Shown here: positions 1 to 9,801 of the stretch, in pieces
Layout: each line of letters begins with the position of its first letter
Position numbering within the stretch: the first letter of the stretch is position 1
From: Reclinomonas americana ATCC 50394
Lineage: Eukaryota
DNA length: 28,618 nt
Assembly (NCBI GenBank): GCA_048213135.1
Contig: PS015022.1
Coordinates: forward strand, 62,001 to 90,618
Direction: 5' to 3'
Made by a program: the position numbers and the translations under genes
Notes under the pieces: generated by a model
Database searches by the model: none
The model's input: the letters and a program-made list of their open reading frames with translations, nothing else
Told to the model about the DNA's origin: nothing

Positions 1-1
1 C

Positions 2-214
2 GTCAGCTACCAGCAGCTGCCGCCGCAGGCACCGCCGAGTGCACCAGCGTACTACCCGGCTGCTCCGCCGCCATATCCGTATGCCGGCCCGCCGCAGGGA
101 CCGCCACCGGGCTACAATGCACCGCCGCCGTACCCGGGCAACATGGGCTACGCACCGACGGCACCTGCGCCTCCGGGATACGGTGGCTACGGCACGCCGG
201 GTGGTAAGCAGTGA
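2..214 (+). CDS. 3' end of a gene encoding a Pro/Tyr/Gly-rich low-complexity C-terminus (partial, runs off the window)
   Basis: Frame 2 reads VSYQQLPPQAPPSAPAYYPAAPPPYPYAGPPQGPPPGYNAPPPYPGNMGYAPTAPAPPGYGGYGTPGGKQ to TGA at 212-214. It contains PPPY motifs and lies tail-to-tail with the next gene. Confidence 0.65.
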   Translation, partial: VSYQQLPPQAPPSAPAYYPAAPPPYPYAGPPQGPPPGYNAPPPYPGNMGYAPTAPAPPGYGGYGTPGGKQ

Positions 215-306
215 GGAAGGGGAGTGAGAGAGAGATGTCGATCGCGCTCGTTGTTTTTGTGATACTAAAGTGACCACGTGAGCCGATGATGATCTGTACA
301 GCTACT

Positions 307-2271
307 TCATTCTTCATGCAACCCAAGTCGTACACGGTGATCGAATTCGTCACTCGGCAGCTGATCTCCGCGCGACTCATCGGCTCCGATGAGCGGCGTG
401 CGATCGTGTAATGCGAGTGGTGCTGGTGGTGACGGCGATGCTGCTGCTGCTGCTGGTGTGCCATTGCGAGACCGACTCTGTGCCATGCCCATCTCCAGCA
501 CCTCAATGTCGCCGAGCAGCGGTCGATTGAAGTCCTTGCGTCCCTCTCGCAGGTTGCGCTCAACCTTGTGCTCGGGCGCCAGTCGCGGTTTGTAATCTAC
601 GTGGACAAACGCTCGCTCCACGTCGTTCATCGCCTGTGGCGGGTGGTGGGGTCAGACTGTGCAAGCTGCGCACAAGTGGTGGTTCACGGTGTACCTCAAT
701 CCGATGCTGGACGAGCAGTGCAATGTCGTGCGACTCGGCCACCGTCATCTCGCCTGCAACGAGACGGGTGAGGAACGAAAAAAAGAGTGGTCTCTCCTGA
801 GTGTGACAACCCACCAGGCAACACCAGGTCGACCTCCACGACAATCCTGCATGCATCATGTCAACAACAGCTGGTTGCAACCCTCCGGCTCATCGCCACT
901 CAACTTTTCGCCAGCAAAGTACGCCACAATGCGATCCACGGGCGACTCGTCCATGTCGGCAAACACCTCCTGTTGCTTCACCAGCTCCTCCACTTCACGC
1001 ACGAATTCTGGGTCCGCAATGTGGCCGGCGATACGCCCGAGTGCCTCGTTTGCCATGTGCAGCCACGAGAAGAGAATCTGTCACGCAGCAGTGAGAGAAT
1101 AAACACACTGGCAGCGGATGGAGAGCAGCAGTGCGCACGTAGAGCGATATGGCCAGGGCTCCGATCGGATCCACGAACCAAAGGAAGCGCACCTGTGCGC
1201 CAATTGAGGCAGTGGCGATGGCCACGCTGTTGCTGAAGACGTCGTTGCGGTGGTCGGTGGCCAGCAACAGAGCCGAGCCACTGTGCCTGCACATGAAGAG
1301 AAGCGACTGTCGTCAGTGGCGACCTGATGAAGTCGCACTGTGGGCGTCGTGGCGCAACTTGCCGAGCCGGCGACAGTACAGGAACAGAAGGAACTTGGCG
1401 GCAATGGCCGCGCCCAGGGAAATGTATGTCGCCAGGTCCATGGTGACCAGCGCCGGGTTCTTGTGATACCAGCCGTCCCACAGATCACCAACGGCCTCCT
1501 TGATGACTGCGTGGGGAGGTGTGAGCCGCGAGAGGAGAGAAGTACAAGATGCGACCGACCTTCGAGATTGACCATTGACATAATGGCGGCCTGCACGAGC
1601 GTGTCGTGAGTGTAGGAAGGGAAGGGAAGGGAAAGAGGGGAAGGGGAGGGAGAAGAGTGCGGACCGTGACCATCATCCCGAGCGTCTCGTATCGCGATCG
1701 GCCGACAGGGAATCTCTCCGAGTGGGTCACCATCTTGCGACTTGTCCAGAACACCACTGGTGTGGAGGAGTGGTGGAGGAGATAGGCGGAGAGTGGGGTC
1801 AGCAGGCTGGTGAGATGAGAGGAGACAAGGAGAGAAAGGCAAAGATTCGAACAGGCGGTGGCTGATTGATGAAGATGCAATGCAGAAACACGCACCGACT
1901 TGACTGGTGAGGTCGACAACCGAGTCGCCCAAGCTGGCCAGCACCGACACGGAGCCAGAGACGAGATACGCGAAGAGCTTGACGCCCATTAGACCAACTG
2001 TTCATGCACACGAGTGGATCAGCGCAGCGCAGGTGCGTGTGCGGAATAGATCATGGAGAAGGCGAGAGACGGAACTGTTGGTGAGCAGTGACACCAGCAC
2101 CACGCGACTCACGCGCACCGAGAGGCGTGCGTGGAACTCTTCATCGGCCTCCTTGATTGGTACATTGGCTGTGTGTGATTCTCTCGGTGGTGCAACGACG
2201 GTCAGTTCGCGGTCGGCTGCGTTGACAGGGTGACTGCTTCTGTCGACAACATTGTCGGTGCGGTCTCCCAT
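307..2271 (-). CDS. Cation diffusion facilitator (CDF) metal transporter, Mn-CDF/MTP-like; ~10 exons
   Basis: Spliced translation gives VSLLTNIGLMGVKLFAYLVSGSVSVLASLGDSVVDLTSQ (TM1-2), RFPVGRSRYETLG, LATDHRNDVFSN (TM5), WFVDPIGALAISLYILFSW, IVVEVDLVLPGEMTVAESHDIA and DVERAFVHVDY. These are hallmark motifs of Mn-CDF proteins. ATG at 2271 is inferred; TGA at 309-307; 9 GT-AG introns. Confidence 0.92.
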
Positions 2272-2396
2272 CGACCACGAGGAAGAGAAGGAGGGACAAT
2301 GCATGTCCGAATATTCGATTGGTTTTCGAGAAACAGGCGACAACTTTGTGGTTGCAGCTGCGATACCAGCATGCAGCCTCACTAGTGGACTTCTGC

Positions 2397-2413
2397 AAAA
2401 AAAAAAAAAAAAA
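2397..2413 (+). repeat. Poly(A)17 tract in the divergent intergenic region
   Basis: Direct reading of the sequence. Confidence 0.9.
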
Positions 2414-3116
2414 GGGGAAAGAGTTGAATTCGAAGTGCCGGAAGCTGGAATTCGTCATTAGCGGATTCCGAGAAATGGAAACGATCCACGCAGCTGCTGC
2501 TTGCCCCTGGTTTCCGATTGGCCCTGCTTGTTTTTTTAGTGTCCTGTTGTACCCAGTTGCATGGGCTTCGGATAATAGATGCCATTGAAGCTCGAGCTCG
2601 CTGCGGCCTCCTCGGAATCGGTGCGATTTTGCCTTCGATCAGAAAGCCATCTGCACCCGGTCATGCTTTCCGAGGTGCCGGAGTGTAGGCGGAGATCTCA
2701 TACTTTCCGACTTCACAACCCGCGGTTCCGGGTCCTGCCCTTGGCCGATTGCGCATGTCGCATGCAGCTCATCAGCGAATTCGAGTTCCAGCTTGCCAGC
2801 GAGCGATCGACACACAGCACGCAAAGCCGGCTACATGCTGTCCACAGTGACGAATACTACAGTACGTTGGCCCCCTTTCCCAAGTGCCTGGCCAGCCGCC
2901 AGCAGCGTCACAGCTTCGGATTTGGCAGTCGTCGACGTCAACTTCGAACACGTGCATCCACTCACCACACACACCTCCCACACCGCATAATACACCATCC
3001 TCAACTTCCATTTCACCTCCTGCCGTTGAAGTGTCGCTCCGTACGCCACACTTACGTCGAATCGTCGCGGGACGATCAACGCATGCCTTTTAGACATCGA
3101 CACAGACAACAACAAC

Positions 3117-6100
3117 ATGTCGACAGCCGCCGCCGCCGCCGCTGCCGCCGCTGCTGCTGGCTCGTCGCCTGCCTTTTGTGTCGTTCTCAGAGTTGCGTAC
3201 ACCACACACCTCTCTCTCTGCACACACACACACAGACACGCAATCACATGTGTATTGAGGTGTGCGCGTGCCATGGCACCACCAGCAGCACCGTTTCACC
3301 CTCTCTCTCTCTTTCTCTCTGGGACTCACACGCACCTTGTTGCGCAACAGGCCAAGGGCAAAACCCGCGGTGCTGTGGCCGTCTACCCTCCATATGACGT
3401 CACGGTGGAGAGACCCGGAGAGGAAGAGCCACTGGCGTTCCGATTTGCACGAGCTCTGCCTCCGCGAACACCACAGGTCGACTCTCCCTCTCACTCTCGC
3501 ACACACACACTCGCCACTCGTTTCCATATCTCACTGCTCGCGACACAGGATGCACTCTTTGACACGGCGGTGTGTGATTTGGTGGACGAGGCTCTCCACG
3601 GGTTTGATGTGACTGTGCTTGTCTATGGAGCAGCCAAGGTGTGTGTCTGTGTGTCTGCCTGGCGTTCCCTGCGCACTCCCTCATTGTGTGCATGCAGTCG
3701 GGCAAGTCGTTTACGGTGTTTGGCAATCTGTACGATGCCGACGACGCCGGCATTGCACCGCGCATTGTCACGCACTTGTTTAGCGTGTTGGAGGCGAGTT
3801 GGGAGATCTACGCACAGTTGTCAGTGGTGCTCTTGTGTATTGACTATAGCATGCGCTGTGTGTAGGACAAGTATGGGTCGGTGCGCCGCTCAGTCAGCGC
3901 ACCGCCACCGTACGAGGTGACGGCGTCGCTGTTGTCGATTCGCGACGAGTCTCTGGAGGACTTGTTCTTGGCGAGTGTGCCGACAGATGTGTTGCCGACG
4001 GTGGCCACCGATGCAGCGAGTGGAGCACGCACGTTGAGTCGATTGCTGTCATCGACTGATCGACAGTTGTTGTCATTGACTCACAAGTTCTGTCACAGCC
4101 GTCCTCGCAGCGCTTCTGGTGGTGGTCTGCGCGTGCGAGGCAGTGTCTCGCAGGGCTTTTATGTGGACAATCTGACGGAACGACCTGCTATCAACGCACA
4201 AGCCGCTGTGCAGTTGCGTCAGATCGCTCTCATCCCACTGCGTGTCCTCCGTCTCACTCGTCGACAGAGTGCTTGCCGAGGCGCTGCTGCGCAGTCGTGA
4301 CGGCCACCTAGTGTACACTGTGTCGGTGACACAGCGTGCGCTGGAGGCCGCCAAGAAGCCGCTCTTGTCGCGCATTCGATTGGTGGATGTGACGGGCGAT
4401 TGTCACTCGAAGGACAACAAGGATGCGTACGCTGTGACACGCGTGCTCGCCGCACTCTCGCAGCCGGGTGGAGTCCCGGTGTCGCTGGCCGCTGTTCCGT
4501 TCCGCGAGTCCAAGCTCACTTGCGTCCTCCACCAGTCGTTTGGTGGCAAGTGCAAGACGGTTTGCGCCGCCCTGTCGTCCACGTTGCGTGTGTGCCGTGC
4601 ACGTGCTCACAGACTTGGGTGACTGGCAGCGATTGATCGCCTGTGTGGACACCGAGTCGGCACAGGCCGCCGAGTCACTGCTAACGGTGCAGGTGGCCGA
4701 TCGTGCGCAGTGGATTCAGAACAAACCCGCCGTGATGTACCTGGAAGATGTGGTGGCCAGCAGCAGTGGATCGTCGTCGGCTGGACCCGAGTCGCACGCT
4801 CTGGTGGCGGAGCTGGCAGAGAAGCTGCGTGCGGAGCTCGAGTCAGAAAAGGCACGACTCGTGGAGGAGAACAAGCAGTTGCAGAGTCGCGTTATGCAGC
4901 TGGAGGAGGCAGCGTGGATGACACCCGACGCACCCGACACCTCCAACATGGAACGAGAGATTGCACAGCTGCGAGAGCAACTCGCACAGTCGGAGCAGGT
5001 GTGTAGTGGTGTCGACGCGCTTCCTTTTTGATTCCAAGAGTGCACGTCTCACGCCGTCATGTCGTCGTCGTCGTCGTGCACAGGCTCGACTTGCGTCGGA
5101 GCGTGCGCTGAAGCACGAGACGACCAATCAAGCCGTGCTGGTGGCCGCCGAGTCCGACAAGGTGATGGCGGTGACGCATTCGCTGAAAGAGGCAGAGACA
5201 CGTGCAGAGCAGGCCGCAGCCGAGACAGCCGCGTTGCGACGCCAGTTGGACACGCAGGCGGCTGACCGCACTCGCATGGATGGCCAGAAGAGGGAGCAGT
5301 TGCAGGTCGAGAGCGATCTGGCTGAGGCTCGTCAGAGCATTGTGAAACTGCAGCAGGAGAATGGTGCGTGCATCTGTGTGCGCCCCAAGCATGCCCTGCG
5401 TGCCAATGCCCTGACACCATTTGTGTACTTGTAGCACGCATCGAAACCGAGCTGGCCACGGTCAAGTTCAAGGCCATGCGTTCCGAGTCTGCGCTGGCCG
5501 AGGCGGCTGCACAGACACGCTCGCTGGAGAGTGAGAACGAGAAGCTGAAGAAGCTGGCAGAGCAACTGAAGGCGCGCGTGGATGAGTCGGAACGGAATGC
5601 GGAGGAGGCATTCGCCGCTGCGATGCGTTTGCCCGGGCTGGAGGCGGATCTGGCCGCGGAGCGCGCCGCTGTGCAAGACCTCAAGGCACAGGTGCATTCT
5701 GAGCAGGAGCTGCGAAAGGCGGCCGAGGTGGAGACGCAGGTTGGTGTGATCCCCCATTGCGGAATCGTCAGCTCTTTCGCCCCCTTCTCTCTGCTCAACG
5801 CACCCCTGTCGCACCGCAGAAACTGACCTCGGCCTCTGACCACAATCGACCGCTGCTCGATCAACTCAACGCGGACATCGCACGTGAGCGGGCGTCGGTG
5901 AAGCAGTTGACCACCGAGTTGCAGACGGAGAGGAATGCTCTCGAGGAGGCCTGGGCGCAGCTGTACGCTGCCGAGGCTGAAGTCAAGACGCTGCGTGATC
6001 AGGTGCAGGAGCTGGTCGACGCCAAGGTGGAGCTGGCCAACGAGAAGCAGCGCTACGCTGAGCTGCATCGCGCTCTGGATGAGGAACGAGCAGCGCACAA

Positions 6101-8547
6101 GGGCACCACCTCGCAGACCACTGCACGCAGTCAGCAGCTGTTTGACGACAACCAACGAGTTGCGTTGCTGCTGTCTCTTTTCTTTGATTGAGCGCACATG
6201 CACTCACGCCCTTCCTGTCCTTTTCGCTTGCGTCGCACAGTTGCAACACCAGGTGGAGGCGGCGGAGAGGACAGTCACGGAGGCACAGCGAGAGGCCGAG
6301 ATGCACCGCACGTCGGCGACGCAGCTCGAGCGGGAACTTGGAGTCGTGCGTCGCTCGGCTGAGCAAGCGAGTGGCGAGCTGAAGGCGGCACAGGCACACA
6401 TTGCGCAGTTGGAGGCGGAGGTCAGCAGCGCTGATGCACGCACCAAGGATCTGGAAACGCGCTTGTCGTCGCATGCCAGCAGCAAGGACGAGGTTGCTGG
6501 CGAGCTGGCTCGTGTGCAGGCGGAACTTGCCGAGGCACGGCGCGTCAACAAGGAGACCTCCGCCAAGGCCGGCAGCGCCGATGTGCTCAGCAGGCAAATC
6601 ACGGAGCTGGAGGCGCAAGTCGCGTCGCTGCACAGTCGTTTGGCCACGCAGGAGAGCGACTTGATTAGCTCGCGTACCGAGTTGTCGGAGGCGCAGCGCA
6701 AGGCTCGTGCCGCTGACGTGCAGGCTGCGCGAGTGCCTGAACTGGAGGCACAAATCACTGCACTGCAGGCTCGCGTACCGCCTCCGTCGCCCGGTGGTGG
6801 TCAGTCGGAGAGCTCTCGTGTGGCCGCACTCAAGGCTGAGCTGGAGGACGAGATCACGGAGCGACAGAATGTGGAGCAGGAGCTGGCGGCGGCGCGCGAC
6901 GAGATTGACGAGTTGCGAGAGCAGCTGGCCAGCGAGAGTGCCACACGACTGCCGCCGCGCCAGAGCACAGGCGACAGTGGTGATGGCGAGGCTGAAGAGC
7001 TTCGCATGCGAGTGGAGGAGCTGCAGGCCGACGTGGGTGAATTGCAGCGCATCAATGAGGAGCAGCAGGCACTCATGCAGCAGCTGACGGAGGAGCGCGA
7101 TCAGCTGGGCGAGGATCTCGAGTTCTTCAAGGACAAGAACGAGGAGCTCAAGTTGCAAACATCGACGGCCGAGAAGCGCAGCAAGCGACTGGAGGAGCAC
7201 TTGTCGTCGGCACTCAACCGTGTCACCGACTTGGAGAGTGCTGCACTGGCGCACGAGGCGCAGAAGAAGCAGGTGGCGTCGCTGGCGGAGGAGTTGCAGA
7301 CGGCACAGACGCGTATTCGACGTTGCGCGCATGTGTGTGTCGATGCGTGTTGCGCTGCGTATCTCACTGTTGTTCTTGTGGGGTGCAGATTTGGAGAGCA
7401 CAGCACGCGATCTGGACCAGGCGAACGCGGAAATGGCAGAGGAGCTCGGCAAGCTGCGAGTGGAGAAGAGACGGCATGCCGACCAGGTGCACCACGACGG
7501 CTCTGGCGCAGCGACTGCCGCCGGTGCCAACAAGGACGAGGTGGTGACACTGCGTCGCGATCTGGCGGTGCTGCGTGAGAGCCACACGGCAGTGCACGAA
7601 AAGTACGCGGCGCTCAAGAGCCAGTCGCAACAGCTGCAGGAGCGACACGACGCCCTGCAGGCGCAGTGTGCAGAGCTGCAGAGCAAGCTGGACGAGGCGA
7701 TGGCACGAGTGGCCGAGTTGGAGCAGCAAGTGGGTGACATGTCGCAAGGACGCACGGTGACCGAGGCGGCGTCGGAGGCCGAGAAGCGCACGCTGGCGCA
7801 ACGATGTGCCGACTTTGACCGGTTAGTGTCGGTGCAGCGCGAGACCATTCAGCGTCTGGAGGAGAACCACAAGAAGCGCGAGGAGGAGCTCAAGGCCTCT
7901 GTCGACGACTTGCGCCGCGACTGCGACTTTGCCAAGGAGGAGGCGCGAGTGGCCAACATGCGGTGCGAGGAACGAAGTTGCGGCGACAGCAGCAGATGGG
8001 CGAGATTGATGTTGGCGACTTGTGTGTGTGTGTGTGCTGACACTCTCTGTGTGCAGTTGTGCAGCTGCGCGACGTGACGGACAGATACCAGTTGATGCAG
8101 GAGCAAATTGCCGCCATGAAGTCCGCCTTTATCGAACAGGGCCAGGTGCTCCGTGCGCAGAAGCGGCACTTGCAGTCGCACATTAGCAAGCAGGAGCGCG
8201 TGAACCAGCTGCTCGAGGGCATGGGCAACAGCACCGTGAACCGCGTGCTGAGTCCGGAACGTGAGCGACCGCTGTCGGCACGGCCGAGCAGCACGCATCA
8301 CATGCTGGTCAATTCGGGAAGGCACTCGCCAAAACCAGCGCCGTCCTCCTCCTCGTCTTCATCGACCACAGCCAGCGGTGCCGTCACTGCCCGATCGCGC
8401 TCACGCTCACCGAACCCGTCCAGCTCGGCAGCCACCTCGGCCCGCTCCTCGGCGTCGTCGGCATCCGTCGCCTCATCCACAAGGCGAACGATCGGTGCCG
8501 GCAGCTCGACCGTGACACGAACCGTCACGTCGGCCCGCCGCAAGTAG
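3117..8547 (+). CDS. Divergent kinesin-like protein: N-terminal motor-like domain, long coiled coil, Ser/Arg-rich tail; ~14 exons
   Basis: Spliced motifs GFDVTVLVYGAAK|SGKSFTVFG (P-loop), GIAPR, GFYVDNLTE, IRLVDVTG, VPFRESKLTCVLHQSFGGKCKT|RLIACV and ESLLTVQVADRAQWIQNKP. These are followed by E/Q/A/L-rich heptad sequence over ~4790-8220 and TAG at 8545-8547. Confidence 0.88.
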
Positions 8548-8753
8548 GAATGCTGGAGGGGGGAATGAGAAACAACACCCTGAATGAATCGCGCATCACA
8601 ATGTTTTTTTGTGTTTGTGTTTTTAATTTGCAGCAGCGTGACGGGTTGATGGCGGCTGGGTGATGAGGGGGCAGAGCGTGTGGAACGGAAGGTCCCCTCA
8701 CGACACACTTTTCAAATCGTCCCATGGGAGAGTGAAAGGCAAGGCAACGAGGA

Positions 8754-9392
8754 TTACTCCAGGTCGTCAATCGTCACTTCCACCTCGACGCCCGGCTCGA
8801 TCGAGATCGACGTCTGTTCCACGCAAGCAAATAAGCCACAAGCGAGACACGTCTCCGCGAGCACGACAAACAACACGCAACAATCTTGCGGACAACGTCG
8901 GGGACCGAGTACAGGCGGATGACGCGCTTGTGGATCTTCATCTCGAAGCGATCCCACGAGTTGGTACCGTTACCGCAAGGGCTCTTACGGGTGGTGATCG
9001 ACAGGTTCTTGGTGGGAATGCGGATCGGGCTGCATGAACACACACGAATGAGCATCATGACACCATGAACGGCTGAGATCTCTCTTTGTCAACTCACCCC
9101 TTGACCTGCAGCTGCTGGTCCTTGGCGCGGGTGATGAGCTCCGAGCACACTGCACATGGGAAAACAGTCAGTCTTCTCTCTCTCTCTCTGGTTTCCTGCC
9201 ATGCCCTCAACACGCACCCTTCTCCAGCGCGCGCACAATGCGCGACGTCAGAGTGATGGTGATCTTGTGGACCTGCAGAAGCACACAATCATCAGTGACT
9301 GACTGGAGAGTGTGGGGAGACAAGAGTGAGAGAGGAGACAGCACCTTCGCGGCCGGGATATCCTCAGTGACCTTCTTCGGGGGAACCGCCAT
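8754..9392 (-). CDS. RPS20: 40S ribosomal protein S20 (uS10); 5 coding exons
   Basis: MAVPPKK...|[104 protein letters not shown], which matches the eukaryotic RPS20 pattern closely. Confidence 0.97.
8814..8881 (-). other. RPS20 intron with +1-shifted donor (ATT|GTTGCGT...CAG|ACG)
   Basis: Junction fixed by conserved RPS20 sequence [13 protein letters not shown]. Confidence 0.88.
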
Positions 9393-9801
9393 GGTTGTGA
9401 TGCGTCAGGGTGCTGCGTGTAGAAGAGTGAGTGAGCGTCACATGCACATCGCCGACTTGCTTTCCGCGCCCGTGTGTCTGACATCTTCCACGTGCTCTCT
9501 TTGTGCTCAGTCACTCGCTGGCCAGCCACCACACAACACGCAAGTGTACACAACACAGAGAGAGAGTGCGTGTGTGGAAGTGTGCGACATGCGCATGTGC
9601 CACTCGCGTGAACACCAACAGCCGAGTGCCCTCTCATTTCTCGCTCGCACACAAGACACACAATGCGCGCGCCATACACATGCTTGCCGAGCACATGATA
9701 GAGATGCGGCCCCCGCTCTCACCTGCTTGCGTAGTGACAATAGGAGCCAATAAGCGACGAGCGAGCAGCAATGTCCACATTGATCAATCACTTTTATCAC
9801 C

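Noticed and set aside
2424-2800. Possible inverted repeat (AAGCTGGAA / TTCCAGCTT with GAATTC sites)
   Set aside because: Only ~9-12 matching bases and no target-site duplication; insufficient to call a MITE.
2579-3397. 272-aa plus-strand ORF overlapping the kinesin start
   Set aside because: Runs out of frame through the kinesin first exon and an intronic CA repeat; no protein-like features.
5049-7848. Long minus-strand ORFs (384 aa, 621 aa)
   Set aside because: Antisense shadows of the GC-rich coiled-coil exons of the kinesin gene; no motifs.
9030-9722. Intronic snoRNA in RPS20
   Set aside because: No RTGATGA...CTGA box pair found on the sense strand; H/ACA cannot be excluded by eye.
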